From a virus (taxonomy: Duplodnaviria > Caudoviricetes): a DNA stretch of 58,297 bases. Location of the stretch: positions 1-58,297 of IMG/VR virus record IMGVR_UViG_3300024255_002562. The stretch is one strand, 5' to 3'. The first letter of the stretch is position 1. Every line of letters starts with the position of its first letter. Below the pieces are notes generated by a model. That model was not told the origin of the DNA. It saw nothing but the letters and a program-made list of their open reading frames with translations, and searched no databases. Of the stretch, positions 30,395-40,540 are shown in pieces. Position numbers and translations under genes: made by a program.

Positions 30395-30949
30395 TTAAAT
30401 AGGTTCTGATGTAATCACACTACCGTTTTTCATTTCTTTTAACTCATTTACCTTCTTTTCGTAGTCTTCGTCACTCATACTCTTCTGCACAACGCTTTTT
30501 CTAGTTCCGTCATTTCCTAAAAACATACTCCACTTTCCATCTTTCATTTTTAAATGATCTGGATGTTTGCATATTTTTTTATCTATCTCTATTCTTACTT
30601 TCTTAAATTCAAACATTTTAGCAATACCTACGAAAAATCTATATCTGGACATTGATTTAAATTGTTCAATTCCATCTATTTCATTTTCTAATACATTAAC
30701 GTCCGAATCCATTAATCTAAAATTAGTATGACCTACCCAACAATCATACATTTTACTTGGAGATAAAGGTTCATTATATTCATAAGTGCCTAGAGGAGTA
30801 TTTACTTTCAAAGGAAGCATTTCAAACATGCCACCTACAAATAAACCGTCTTCATCTTCAATTTCAACTTCATCCTCATAAGATTCTTCATTAGCCACAT
30901 CTTCCGGATCAATATCTATCCATTTTTCCCAAGTTATAGATCGTTTCAT
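30395..30949 (-). CDS. hypothetical protein
   Basis: 184 aa, acidic N-terminus, CWVGHTNF..SRYRFFVG. Confidence 0.65.
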   Translation of the reverse strand: MKRSITWEKWIDIDPEDVANEESYEDEVEIEDEDGLFVGGMFEMLPLKVNTPLGTYEYNEPLSPSKMYDCWVGHTNFRLMDSDVNVLENEIDGIEQFKSMSRYRFFVGIAKMFEFKKVRIEIDKKICKHPDHLKMKDGKWSMFLGNDGTRKSVVQKSMSDEDYEKKVNELKEMKNGSVITSEPI

Positions 30950-32007
30950 AAAAATGCCTTTACTATTTTTTCAGCAGAATTATTCCATGTATAATTTTTA
31001 ACGCTTTCTATTCCGCTGCTATTAATTCCTAAGTTGTTTGATTGATTTAGTTTATGAATTTTTCGCATATGTTCGATCATTTGATCTTCTTCATTTTTAC
31101 CTATTTTCAGCCATCTATGTTGACCATTAAAAAACTTACCATCATAGGCTGATTCATAACCAGACTGCATATTAATCAACATGGAATTTTCTGAATTACA
31201 AAACTCCGTGTGTCCAGTGCAATTAGTTATTATCAAATGTTTTCCAGACGCGAGTAGTTCGAGTGCTTCTAGATTCCACCCCTCCGCTCTTGATGGAAAA
31301 ATGCCGCAATGAACGTTTTTCATAATATTATACACCATATTATGAGATTCAACCCTGTTAATAAACTTAATCTTATCACCAAGAGGAGTATTAGTAAAGC
31401 TTTTTACCCATCTATTTGTCTCATTTTGGTTTAGAAAAAAATTATGAGGCATCATAACCAGTTCTACATTATCGTCTTTAGTAAACGCTTTATTGAATAC
31501 ATCCGGAAGAACGTCATGCCCTTTCCTTATTTCAAATTTACCAAAATTAGCGAATATTGTTTTTTCATTACTTGGCATCTCTGATGGCTTAAAAATTTCC
31601 GGATCATATCCTAGAGGCACGACCTTAATATCATCATGAATCCATTCTTGTTCAAGAGCATGTTTAGCCCATTTAGAACAAACGATCAAAGTATCAGGAT
31701 GACCTAATGATATTCTCTCAGTTTCAGAAAAAGTTTCTAACTCAAATATCGGAAAACCAATGTTGCGTTCATTAGTTCTAAACATAACGCTAGAGAGATC
31801 ATGCTGATGCCAAATTTTCAATGAAGTAGCGGGACTATAAAAATCGCTATTCTCAAACACCTTCTTGTCAAACATCACATCTGGAGAATGGTTTGATATC
31901 CCCATATGATATACATCAACACCTAGATTCTTAAGTTCTTTTAGAATATAGGACGAGACATAACCATAAGATGTTTGATTAATAGGAGCGTGCAAATTAA
32001 GCTTCAT
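30946..32007 (-). CDS. GT4 family glycosyltransferase
   Basis: GKFEIRKGHD, FPSRAEGWNLEALE, YTWNNSA. Confidence 0.9.
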   Translation of the reverse strand: MKLNLHAPINQTSYGYVSSYILKELKNLGVDVYHMGISNHSPDVMFDKKVFENSDFYSPATSLKIWHQHDLSSVMFRTNERNIGFPIFELETFSETERISLGHPDTLIVCSKWAKHALEQEWIHDDIKVVPLGYDPEIFKPSEMPSNEKTIFANFGKFEIRKGHDVLPDVFNKAFTKDDNVELVMMPHNFFLNQNETNRWVKSFTNTPLGDKIKFINRVESHNMVYNIMKNVHCGIFPSRAEGWNLEALELLASGKHLIITNCTGHTEFCNSENSMLINMQSGYESAYDGKFFNGQHRWLKIGKNEEDQMIEHMRKIHKLNQSNNLGINSSGIESVKNYTWNNSAEKIVKAFL

Positions 32008-32131
32008 TCTTTAGCTTTTCTATTTCTTTTAATAGTTTACGTTCTTCCACCCGCCTCTTCTCGCGAAGTTTCTTTTTTTCGTCTTTGTCTTTTTTCTTTT
32101 TTCTTATCTTTTGACTCTCTTTTCTACTCAT
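31997..32131 (-). CDS. small basic protein (44 aa)
   Basis: Hand-translated MSRKESQKIRKKKKDKDEKKKLREKRRVEERKLLKEIEKLKNEA; overlaps both neighbours. Confidence 0.5.
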   Translation of the reverse strand: MSRKESQKIRKKKKDKDEKKKLREKRRVEERKLLKEIEKLKNEA

Positions 32132-32483
32132 CATACCAGCCACCATCCACTTTCTCTTCTTTAACTTGAGCGACTGGTCTAGCTATTTTTCTAACCCAAC
32201 TAGCAATGATTTCGTATTTTACTATTTTCACATCATCCTTAACATATGAGTTTTCCACCAACCTGCCCTCTATTGAGATACGGTCGCCTTTTTGTATATC
32301 GTAATACTGAGCATCCGAAAGAGCATTACCAAATAGTTTCACATTAATAAATAGTGTTTCTTTTTTATCCTTATAACCGTTATCAATAGCTATTCTAGTT
32401 ACGCCAAACGGTTTTCCGTTGTCAATGATTTCAATCTCATTAACTACATTCCCCATTAATCTACAAACATTATTTTCAAACAT
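32124..32483 (-). CDS. ssb: single-stranded DNA-binding protein
   Basis: NNVCRLMGNV, FINVKLFG, KGDRISIEGRL OB-fold pattern. Confidence 0.85.
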   Translation of the reverse strand: MFENNVCRLMGNVVNEIEIIDNGKPFGVTRIAIDNGYKDKKETLFINVKLFGNALSDAQYYDIQKGDRISIEGRLVENSYVKDDVKIVKYEIIASWVRKIARPVAQVKEEKVDGGWYDE

Positions 32484-32493
32484 ATTATTCCTT

Positions 32494-32706
32494 TTAGCAA
32501 CTGCTTTGAATATTAGGAAAGGTAACGAATGATGTCAAGGTATCTTTCTTTAGAACTAATGCTAAATGTTCTTTTATTATTTTAACCTGTTGTTCATCTA
32601 TCGATTTAACTTCATTAAGCTCAAAGAACCCTTGAAGCCAATATACAAAATTTTCTTCAGTCATCTTTTTCTTCTCCTCATAAGTTGATGTTCTGTTTAA
32701 CATCAA
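32494..32706 (-). CDS. conserved phage hypothetical protein
   Basis: MTEENFVYWLQGFFEL...QVKIIKEHLALV; start probably at the internal Met. Confidence 0.6.
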   Translation of the reverse strand: MMLNRTSTYEEKKKMTEENFVYWLQGFFELNEVKSIDEQQVKIIKEHLALVLKKDTLTSFVTFPNIQSSC

Positions 32707-33005
32707 GAGAGAATCTTTAACATTTGCCCTCTGATTATTTGAGCATGTCCTCTGTTTGAGTCCGACAGCATAGCTTTAGTAAGTTCCTCGCTAACCCCAA
32801 GCTTACTAGCAGCAAACAAAGTGCCGCTCTCGCTTACACTGCTGTCGCAAAGTTTTAGGGTTCGAGCCAGTGCTGTAATTGGATTGTAGTAGCTTCCTCT
32901 TTTTTTTCCATACTTGGCAATACCAATTAATTGATTATTGAGATACATCCATTTGTATGAGTTCTTGACTGCATTAAGTTGTTGCACGAATTGAGTTTGT
33001 GTCAT
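32703..33005 (-). CDS. hypothetical protein
   Basis: 100 aa ORF with GGAG RBS, first gene of the leftward unit. Confidence 0.6.
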   Translation of the reverse strand: MTQTQFVQQLNAVKNSYKWMYLNNQLIGIAKYGKKRGSYYNPITALARTLKLCDSSVSESGTLFAASKLGVSEELTKAMLSDSNRGHAQIIRGQMLKILS

Positions 33006-33481
33006 TTCTGATCTCCGCTAAAGTTAAAAAAGTTTAGTTCCGCTTTAATTATATCCGGCTTTTTTCTCGGTTGATCCAAAAAAATGCTCGGTTTCTGATT
33101 TTTTTTGAATATAATACCTAAGTCGGTTGCTGTTCATCCGGCTTACATAGTCAATTATTCGACACTAAAAAACAGCTACTAATTAACCGTAGGCGAAATA
33201 TATCAGGTAAAGAACCTCCAACGGCAACTAATTCCTTCGGGTTTCATGTAGGTGAATAATGATGGTTGTCACGTTAGTTAGTAAAAAAATTTTTCAGAGC
33301 AAAAACGCCTCTGAACCTTTTAAAATTTAAACTTTGTAAAACATAAACAAGTAAAAGAAAAGATGTGTTATTAAGAAGCTATAGTTCCCTTTATGGGAAC
33401 TTGATTGGTTTCTAACCACAGACCCCAAGGGGTCGTGGTGAATTAACGAGTTGCCTTTATTACCAAACTGGAGAAAAAAAC
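33006..33481. other. divergent, highly structured intergenic region (candidate ncRNA or origin)
   Basis: Back-to-back TATAAT boxes (33048-33053 minus, 33110-33115 plus), several hairpins and long-range pairings. Confidence 0.5.
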
Positions 33482-34333
33482 ATGAATTTCCTTTTTATTA
33501 GTGACTACTCCCTTGAACACACAATCGGGGGTGCTCAACGTAGTAACGACATAATTCTAAAAGAAGGTGTGAAGCGAGGTCATTCTATAACGGTACTAAA
33601 TATAGATACAGAAGAGAAAGAAATACTTGACAAAGAATATGATTATGTTATAAGCTCTAACTTAGAAGCGTTCAACAGATTTAAGCCTCACGTAATTAAA
33701 TATATACAGGAGTCAACAAGTCATATACGGCTAGAACACGACATGTGTAGGTATCTAACTTCTAAAGATAGAGCCTTGTTGTACAAGAATTGTACCATAA
33801 GTTTCTTCCTAACTGAATATCATTATGATATATTTAAGGAGCAATATGGAAATATATTCACTAATGTAGAAATTGTATCCGATCCTATTGATGTTTCCAT
33901 TTTTTACGACATGAAGCTAGAAAGAAAAGACAGAATACTATATGCTGGCTTCTTGCATCCACTAAAAGGGACTGATAATTTTTGCAAATTTGTTCATGAT
34001 AATCCTCAGTTGAATTTTGACGTTGCTGGATGGGGTGATCCTAAATATGAGGACTTCTTTAAGAATAGTGAGAATGTTGAGTTTTTGGGAAAGGTCGATT
34101 ACTCAGAAATGCCGGAACTGTTTAATTCCTACCTTTCTTTTTATTATGTTCCTGTTATAAGTGAGCCATTCTGTAGAACATTTGCTGAAGCTCATCTATG
34201 TGGAATACAGAACTTATACTGCAATGAAATAATCGGAAGTCTACATGATATAAAGACTTACGGAAATGAAGAATTTAAAAACAGGTGCGGGAAAGCACAA
34301 GAAACTTTTTGGGAGAAAATAGAAGATGAATAA
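33482..34333 (+). CDS. GT4 family glycosyltransferase
   Basis: GGAQ, LYAGFLHPLKG, EPFCRTFAEA. Confidence 0.85.
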   Translation: MNFLFISDYSLEHTIGGAQRSNDIILKEGVKRGHSITVLNIDTEEKEILDKEYDYVISSNLEAFNRFKPHVIKYIQESTSHIRLEHDMCRYLTSKDRALLYKNCTISFFLTEYHYDIFKEQYGNIFTNVEIVSDPIDVSIFYDMKLERKDRILYAGFLHPLKGTDNFCKFVHDNPQLNFDVAGWGDPKYEDFFKNSENVEFLGKVDYSEMPELFNSYLSFYYVPVISEPFCRTFAEAHLCGIQNLYCNEIIGSLHDIKTYGNEEFKNRCGKAQETFWEKIEDE

Positions 34334-35240
34334 TATTGTTTACACTTACTTTATACAATCAAAAAACGGCGGTAATATTAAGATAGGGTCTTCTAATAAT
34401 CCCGTTAGTAGACTTTCGCAACTTCAGACTGGAAGTCCTGTAGAACTAAGACTTGTAGGAGTCATTAATAAAAATATTGAATCAGAATTACATACTCGTT
34501 TTTATAAACATAGGCATCATAGAGAATGGTTTTATCCAGATAAAGAGATTTTAGATTTTATAAAAAGTTCGTGTAGTGATGATTATTCAAAATATATTTC
34601 AAAAAACCTTCTAAAGCTTAAAGGAAAAACCGTAGAGCTAGATATAGTGCATAATCTAAATATAGGAACAAATTCTAAGGCACAGTTAAGTTTTCAGCAT
34701 GTTTTTGATATGAATAATTTTGATGACTGGTGTGATAGTATTGATATATATAATTTGTTTGAGGATAAAATTTTTGATATAGATTATGAAGATGAAGATA
34801 TTGATGAAATAAGGAGTATTGATGATGAGATTGAAGATAGGGCATCTTATCCAGAATGCGAGTATGATGTAATTGATAGAATGTTATTATATATGGATGA
34901 GTCAAATAATGAAAAAACTTATTTTAATACAAGTAACAATTTTTTTGATAAAGTATGTATAAATACTGATGATTGTTATTTTTGTATAACGTGTGGACCT
35001 TGTAGTTCTTCTAACAGACGTGAGATAGTAAAAGGACTATCAGATATAGTTGATGAGATGGATGAATTTACTGGAGCTTGGGCATTCTTTTTGGTTTTTG
35101 ATGGTGATGAAGATAGAATCCTTGATTTAATGCAGTATAATATATATAATAGATGTAAAAGTATGCATAATTTAACTGACGATTTTTTTATGGTTGATCC
35201 TAAACTACTAATGAAAGATAAGACTACTAATAATGATTAG
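34326..35240 (+). CDS. GIY-YIG-like (T5orf172) domain protein with acidic C-terminus
   Basis: YFIQ...IKIGSSNNPVSRLSQLQTGSP...ESELHTRF...REWF. Confidence 0.8.
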   Translation: MNNIVYTYFIQSKNGGNIKIGSSNNPVSRLSQLQTGSPVELRLVGVINKNIESELHTRFYKHRHHREWFYPDKEILDFIKSSCSDDYSKYISKNLLKLKGKTVELDIVHNLNIGTNSKAQLSFQHVFDMNNFDDWCDSIDIYNLFEDKIFDIDYEDEDIDEIRSIDDEIEDRASYPECEYDVIDRMLLYMDESNNEKTYFNTSNNFFDKVCINTDDCYFCITCGPCSSSNRREIVKGLSDIVDEMDEFTGAWAFFLVFDGDEDRILDLMQYNIYNRCKSMHNLTDDFFMVDPKLLMKDKTTNND

Positions 35241-35383
35241 TTTGCTATGCCCAACTAGAAATAGGGTAAAAATGTTAGAAAGGATGTGGTCGTCGGGGGT
35301 ACGAATATCATGCTTTTGAAAATGATGAGGTTGGGATTTGGATTTTTCATATTAAAAGAGTATTACCAAGAACGAAAGAGTAA
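35233..35383 (+). pseudogene. GT2 N-terminus joined out of frame to an unrelated C-terminus (deletion scar)
   Basis: MISLLCPTRNRVKMLERMWSS... stops after 28 codons; another frame reads YEYHAFENDEVGIWIFHIKRVLPRTKE*. Confidence 0.6.
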
Positions 35384-35385
35384 TC

Positions 35386-35973
35386 ATGATAAAAGTTTTA
35401 ACTGCTTTCTTTTTACTTGTCTGCACCGTAGGTGCATATGCTGAATCACCTTATGTTCAAGTAATAGATGAAGAATGGAGAAATCATTCTGGTGTGGTTA
35501 TTAAGTCAGGAAAGATTATAAAAGTATTAACTTGCTCTCATATGGTTATGCTTCATGGATCGAAGCAAATTAATGTAAAGTTTTACTACGGAGATACTTA
35601 CATCAGTTTGCCAGCTAAAATTAAGAAGATTGATCACGGTAAAGACTTGATGCTCTTAGAGGTGAGTAATGTAGCTAATATTAAAATCACTGAAGTTAAG
35701 GTAGCCGACTCTGTTGAAAATATCAATTGTATTATTAACGGTTATGTGTTTAAAAATAAACAAATTATATACTGTGTTTTCGATAATTCCGTAGTTACAA
35801 CTAGTCAAGATGGAAGTGAAATTTATAATTTTAAAGGAAAAGGGGTTTCCGGCATGTCTGGTTCCGCGATTCTTTCAAATAATAAGATAGTTGCTATTCA
35901 GTCTGCTGGATCGAATCGTATAATTGGGGCTAGTTTTGTGGTTATTAAGAACTTTATCGGAGATAAGGAATGA
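35386..35973 (+). CDS. secreted trypsin-like serine protease
   Basis: Signal peptide; VLTCSH, DLMLL, GMSGSAI triad. Confidence 0.85.
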   Translation: MIKVLTAFFLLVCTVGAYAESPYVQVIDEEWRNHSGVVIKSGKIIKVLTCSHMVMLHGSKQINVKFYYGDTYISLPAKIKKIDHGKDLMLLEVSNVANIKITEVKVADSVENINCIINGYVFKNKQIIYCVFDNSVVTTSQDGSEIYNFKGKGVSGMSGSAILSNNKIVAIQSAGSNRIIGASFVVIKNFIGDKE

Positions 35974-36164
35974 AACTTAAACCCTGTCCATTTTGTAACG
36001 GTAAACCAAAAATAACATTTTGTGAAGAAGAATGTTGTGGAGCTAAGCCAAGGTGGGTTAGATGTAAATGTGGATTTTTTTTGTTTGCAACATGCGATAC
36101 AGAAGAAGAAGCTATTAAAATTTGGAATACTAGATATGAGGTAAAAGATGTTGATGATGAATAA
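35970..36164 (+). CDS. Lar-like (restriction alleviation) zinc-binding protein
   Basis: LKPCPFCNG...C.CG...EEAIKIWNTR. Confidence 0.8.
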   Translation: MKLKPCPFCNGKPKITFCEEECCGAKPRWVRCKCGFFLFATCDTEEEAIKIWNTRYEVKDVDDE

Positions 36165-36645
36165 TCTGATTTTTCTTTTATTGCTGTCATCAACAGCATA
36201 TGCTGATAAAATTTACATTGCTCTTAACGATAGCGAGCCTAGTAAAAATATTCGTAAATCTTTATATACTAATTATTTACAGTATGGTAGTGATGACGTT
36301 TGGCTCGATCTAGACTTTAGAAGAAATCAGATATTAGATAGTGTAGTTGTAATTAATGATTTTGCAATACATGAACAATTTCAATGTCCTCAGATAAAAC
36401 TAAGAGAACTGGATTATTGGCAGAGGGTTCCCGGAAATTTGCCGGATTTTGTTCTTTGGCTTGATTTTTTTGAGTATTGTATAGATGAAAAGACCTATAA
36501 TAATAGAGTAGAAAAGTGGGAACAATTCGAGAGGTTAAAAATGAGATTCTTCTATTATACTTTTGATTACGAAAAATTTTTCTTTAAACGATCTATGACT
36601 AGACCAGATATACGAAAACCGCCAATGGAGTTTAAATTAAAATGA
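36148..36645 (+). CDS. secreted hypothetical protein
   Basis: Signal-peptide-like N-terminus (LIFLLLLSSTAYA). Confidence 0.55.
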   Translation: MLMMNNLIFLLLLSSTAYADKIYIALNDSEPSKNIRKSLYTNYLQYGSDDVWLDLDFRRNQILDSVVVINDFAIHEQFQCPQIKLRELDYWQRVPGNLPDFVLWLDFFEYCIDEKTYNNRVEKWEQFERLKMRFFYYTFDYEKFFFKRSMTRPDIRKPPMEFKLK

Positions 36646-37280
36646 ATATAGACATTAGAAATGTTCCGAGCTACTGGATGACCTGTGATAAAAGCATAGG
36701 GGAGAGGCAGGATGGCTTTGTAGAGATGCAAAAAAGCATAGGCATGAACTCAGAAAAGATGAGCGGGGCAATTACAGAAAATTATTGCATTGGCGTTGCT
36801 GAAGAATATATTAAAGCACTCACGAAAAATCCGGTTCCTTTTTTGATACTTGAAGATGACGCTAGAGTAAACCCGAACCTTGTTGATTTTCCATACACTT
36901 ATGATGTTGATGAGGATGTTGACGCTTTATATATAGGTACTTCAATTGTTGGCAGAATTAATAAAAAGACAGTCATAGGAGTTGCTGCTCAGGACAGAGG
37001 TGATTATTTTCAGATATACAATATGCTTTCATTCCATGCTGTGATTTATACTAGTCAGGAGTATGTTGATAACTGCGTTAAGATTCTCGAAGAGTATATC
37101 GTTAATCCAGTTGGTTCTTGTGACGACCCACTAGCTGAGGACATGAGTCGCTGGAAAGTGATGGCTGTTAAGACTCCTGTGTTCTATCAAAATGATGGAA
37201 GAAATGAGGGCATGACCCTAACTCCATTGACAGAAACAGGTATTAAAAGAGAGAATACATATTTTGGACCACCTTTGTGA
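36642..37280 (+). CDS. GT25-like glycosyltransferase
   Basis: PFLILEDDA, DALYIG, NMLSFHA, PVFYQ. Confidence 0.7.
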   Translation: MNIDIRNVPSYWMTCDKSIGERQDGFVEMQKSIGMNSEKMSGAITENYCIGVAEEYIKALTKNPVPFLILEDDARVNPNLVDFPYTYDVDEDVDALYIGTSIVGRINKKTVIGVAAQDRGDYFQIYNMLSFHAVIYTSQEYVDNCVKILEEYIVNPVGSCDDPLAEDMSRWKVMAVKTPVFYQNDGRNEGMTLTPLTETGIKRENTYFGPPL

Positions 37281-38149
37281 TTCATATTTCTTGTGTTTCT
37301 GATTTTGGTTTTTTGGCAAAAGGTCTAGCTCTTTACGAATCTATAGGTAGGTTTGATAGCGATTTTACTTTGCACTACTTGTGTTTAGATGATAGTTCTT
37401 TTGATATCATAAAAGAGCTAGACGGAAACATAATAGCATATTCATTGAGTGATTTACGAAGTCAAGACAAAACGCTTAATAACCTAGCAAAGCAGGATTA
37501 CAAATATCTTTGTTGGTCTTTAGCTTCGTACTTTACAAACTATTTAATGAATACGATTAATGAAGACATTACTTATATTGATAGTGATGTCTTTTTTCAT
37601 GATAGTATATATACTGTGCTGAATGAAGTAGGAGACAAAGATGTCGGTCTTTTTAGACATAGGCAGTACCCACTATCTTATCCAAACAGTAATGGCTGGT
37701 TCAACGTTGGCGTAGTACACTTTAAGAATTCGGATTTGGGAAAAAAACTTCTGTCTTGGTGGGCTGACGCTGTACTGCACAAAAAATATCCGGAACTAGC
37801 TACTTGTGGTGATCAACGGTATCTTGATGCATTTGTTGAGTTTTCGTCGAATCTATTTATAGATGGTAATATAGGACATGCCGCTCCTTGGCATTGGCAG
37901 TTATACGATTATTCAAGTTACTTTGAAGACGGTTGTATATTATGGAATAATCAAAAGCAAAAATTAATATTTTCTCATTTTTCTAATTTTGATTATAACT
38001 TATCTGAAAATAAATATGTTCCAGCATTAAGGCATAGTCCATATACTCCACAGCGAATGTATGTTGATATTCCGGAGTTGAAGTTTATACATGATGATTA
38101 TTTTGATCATTTAAAATGTATTCACATAAAATATCTATTGGGTAATTAA
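37277..38149 (+). CDS. GT-A glycosyltransferase (GT8/GT77-like)
   Basis: LALYES, ITYIDSDVFF, FNVGVV, GDQRYLD, APW. Confidence 0.8.
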   Translation: MIHISCVSDFGFLAKGLALYESIGRFDSDFTLHYLCLDDSSFDIIKELDGNIIAYSLSDLRSQDKTLNNLAKQDYKYLCWSLASYFTNYLMNTINEDITYIDSDVFFHDSIYTVLNEVGDKDVGLFRHRQYPLSYPNSNGWFNVGVVHFKNSDLGKKLLSWWADAVLHKKYPELATCGDQRYLDAFVEFSSNLFIDGNIGHAAPWHWQLYDYSSYFEDGCILWNNQKQKLIFSHFSNFDYNLSENKYVPALRHSPYTPQRMYVDIPELKFIHDDYFDHLKCIHIKYLLGN

Positions 38150-38748
38150 TGAATTGGCAGCAAGTACAGAGTGAACAGATAAAAAAATTGTGTCATCATG
38201 ATTGGCACTTTGCAGATATTGGGGCATGTGTTGGAGAAGTTTTAGGTACTCTTGAGTCTATTATGTCTTTTGGCTATGCATTTGAAGCTAACAAAAGTAG
38301 TTATGATTATCTAATTGACGTTTATCGAAAATCCAATTTAGTTATAGAGAATTTAGCTATTGCTAATAAAAATGGGTCTATAGAATTCTACAACGGTCCA
38401 AGTACACATGAGGGTAATTTATTGGGTCACGACATGAGTTACAATAATCTTGATGCTTATAATGTTGTTAATTGTTGTACTCTAGATTCTTACTTTAAAG
38501 ACAAAAGAATTGACTTCATTAAGATGGATGTAGAGGGGGCTGAATGGAAGGTGTTTGAGGGGGCAGGCGAACTTTTAAGAGATAGAAATGTTTTATGGCA
38601 GGTTGAATTTCATTTGGATGAAGATTGGCATAATAGGGAAATGTTATTTAAGCATGGTTATAATATTTTTGATTTAAATTTTAAAAAATTAGGAATAGAT
38701 GATCCGAGACCTTATCAAGCTTTTTTGTTTAAAGGTGATACATTATGA
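38149..38748 (+). CDS. FkbM family methyltransferase
   Basis: DIGACVG, AFEA, TLDSY, IKMDVEGAE. Confidence 0.9.
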   Translation: MNWQQVQSEQIKKLCHHDWHFADIGACVGEVLGTLESIMSFGYAFEANKSSYDYLIDVYRKSNLVIENLAIANKNGSIEFYNGPSTHEGNLLGHDMSYNNLDAYNVVNCCTLDSYFKDKRIDFIKMDVEGAEWKVFEGAGELLRDRNVLWQVEFHLDEDWHNREMLFKHGYNIFDLNFKKLGIDDPRPYQAFLFKGDTL

Positions 38749-39617
38749 AAATAGCATTTGGTATGATAGTTTTTGAGGGCGATTATGTTCTTAGACAATG
38801 CTTGGAACAAGTATATCCTTTTGCTGATCAAATATTGATAGCAGAGGGTCCAGTTACATACTGGCAGAACAAAGGCTTTTCTACGTCTACGGATAATACT
38901 AATAAAATTTTGGACGAATTTCCAGACCCGGAAAACAAAATCAAGATTGTACATGGGCAATTCAAGGAAAAGGATGACCAATGTCAATCCTATATGAACT
39001 TTATAAATGATGACATTGATTACCTTTGGAACTTAGATTCTGACGAAGTATATAAGACGCAAGACTTAGAAAATATTGTTGAATTCCTAAAGCATGAAAA
39101 ACCAACAAGTCTTGGCGTTAGAAGTTGTTCGTTTTATGGTGGTTTTGATAGATATCTTACTGGATTTGAGCTTAATACCGATAACTTCCTTAGAATATTT
39201 AAAGTCACAAAAGGGGCAAAGTGGTTAACACATAGACCTCCGACCATAAAGTATCCTGATGGGTATTCTGTGCAGCGTAATCATATAAATAGCGATCAAC
39301 TTTATGAAGCTCTTGGTTTTCAAATGTATCATTATTCCTATGTGTTCCCCAATCAGGTTTACAAAAAGATATCTTACTATAAAGAAAGTTTGAATAAGCA
39401 TAATTGTATAGAAAATTATTTTGATAACGTGTATCTGCCGTGGGTAGCTGGAGATAGATCGGGTATAGAGAATCGTTTTAGGGGTGTTCATGAGTTTAAG
39501 GTGAGGGGTGACTGCTATACAGCAGAGTTCACTGGCGAGCATCCAGAAAGCATTAATAGAAGTTTAAAAGAATTAGATCGTGAATTTTTACGGCAATTAG
39601 AGGGGTACAAGAGTTGA
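38745..39617 (+). CDS. GT2-like glycosyltransferase
   Basis: IAEG, STDNT, LWNLDSDE, HYSYV. Confidence 0.8.
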   Translation: MKIAFGMIVFEGDYVLRQCLEQVYPFADQILIAEGPVTYWQNKGFSTSTDNTNKILDEFPDPENKIKIVHGQFKEKDDQCQSYMNFINDDIDYLWNLDSDEVYKTQDLENIVEFLKHEKPTSLGVRSCSFYGGFDRYLTGFELNTDNFLRIFKVTKGAKWLTHRPPTIKYPDGYSVQRNHINSDQLYEALGFQMYHYSYVFPNQVYKKISYYKESLNKHNCIENYFDNVYLPWVAGDRSGIENRFRGVHEFKVRGDCYTAEFTGEHPESINRSLKELDREFLRQLEGYKS

Positions 39618-40540
39618 TAGATATTAATCTAAAAGAAAATTTTGAATTATTTACAGATTATGTAAAATGCTTAGAGTTTTTAAAAACCGTAGATTCAGAT
39701 TCTTATCCAGAAGCAGTGACTAATTTTCATGTTTACTCGGAGATGAAAACTGATAAAGAGTTGCTTTGTATAGAGTCTTTTTTGGCGACACAAAACATAG
39801 AAAAGACAAATCTAATTTTATGGTCAGATTATGATGTGTCCGATAATCGCCTGCTAGAGCCTTACAAAGAGTTAATAGACTTCAGGGTTTACCGCTCCGA
39901 AGAAGAGTCCGTAGGAACAGCATTAGAAGGCTGTGAAAAATGGATAGGGGCTAGTGACAGTAAACATTATATGAAGAGTGGTGTACTGAGATTTTTAGTT
40001 ACTCATAAATATGGTGGAATTTGGGCTGACATGGATATGGTTTTTCTAAGAGATTTTAAGTCGATTCTTGATCAAGAGTGGGCATATATGTGGGGAGCAG
40101 AATTAGATTTTTATAATTTTGGTCCGTGTGCTGCTATGATGAATATACATAAGGATAGTCCACACTCAAATCTCTGTATTGAAGAGATCGTAAACTCAGA
40201 ACCTTTAGCTGATAGCACCGTATTGGATCATGTGTTACTGGCAAAAGTCTATACTAAAAAACAATTCACCGTATTTCCCTCGACGTTTTTTAATACAGAA
40301 TGGCAGATGAATACTGAATATAAAGATGGGATAAAGGATTATAATCCAAACGGGCTTGGATCGCAAATAGAAAGTGGTTGGTTTAAAAAAAATGAATTCA
40401 GTGATCATCTTTTTGAAGGTGCTTTCGCTTGGCATTGGCATAACTCGTCTTATAAAAATCATAAAATAGAAAGTGGGTCTAAGTTTGACCTACTAATGAA
40501 ATTAAACAAGAAAATTTTAAAGCAAAAAGGTATTTTGTGA
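39614..40540 (+). CDS. GT32 (DXD) glycosyltransferase
   Basis: LCIESF, LRFLVTHKYGGIWADMD, FAWHWHN. Confidence 0.85.
   Translation: MIDINLKENFELFTDYVKCLEFLKTVDSDSYPEAVTNFHVYSEMKTDKELLCIESFLATQNIEKTNLILWSDYDVSDNRLLEPYKELIDFRVYRSEEESVGTALEGCEKWIGASDSKHYMKSGVLRFLVTHKYGGIWADMDMVFLRDFKSILDQEWAYMWGAELDFYNFGPCAAMMNIHKDSPHSNLCIEEIVNSEPLADSTVLDHVLLAKVYTKKQFTVFPSTFFNTEWQMNTEYKDGIKDYNPNGLGSQIESGWFKKNEFSDHLFEGAFAWHWHNSSYKNHKIESGSKFDLLMKLNKKILKQKGIL

Noticed and set aside
33122-33145. Sixth CAGCAA unit on the minus strand
   Set aside because: No complementary 3' strand for the 7-nt stem; the segment is better explained by a plus-strand hairpin.
33110-33460. RNase P RNA (CCGGCTTA resembles its 3' motif)
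   Set aside because: No GAGGAAAGTCC-like P4 5' strand, and the motif is in the wrong position.
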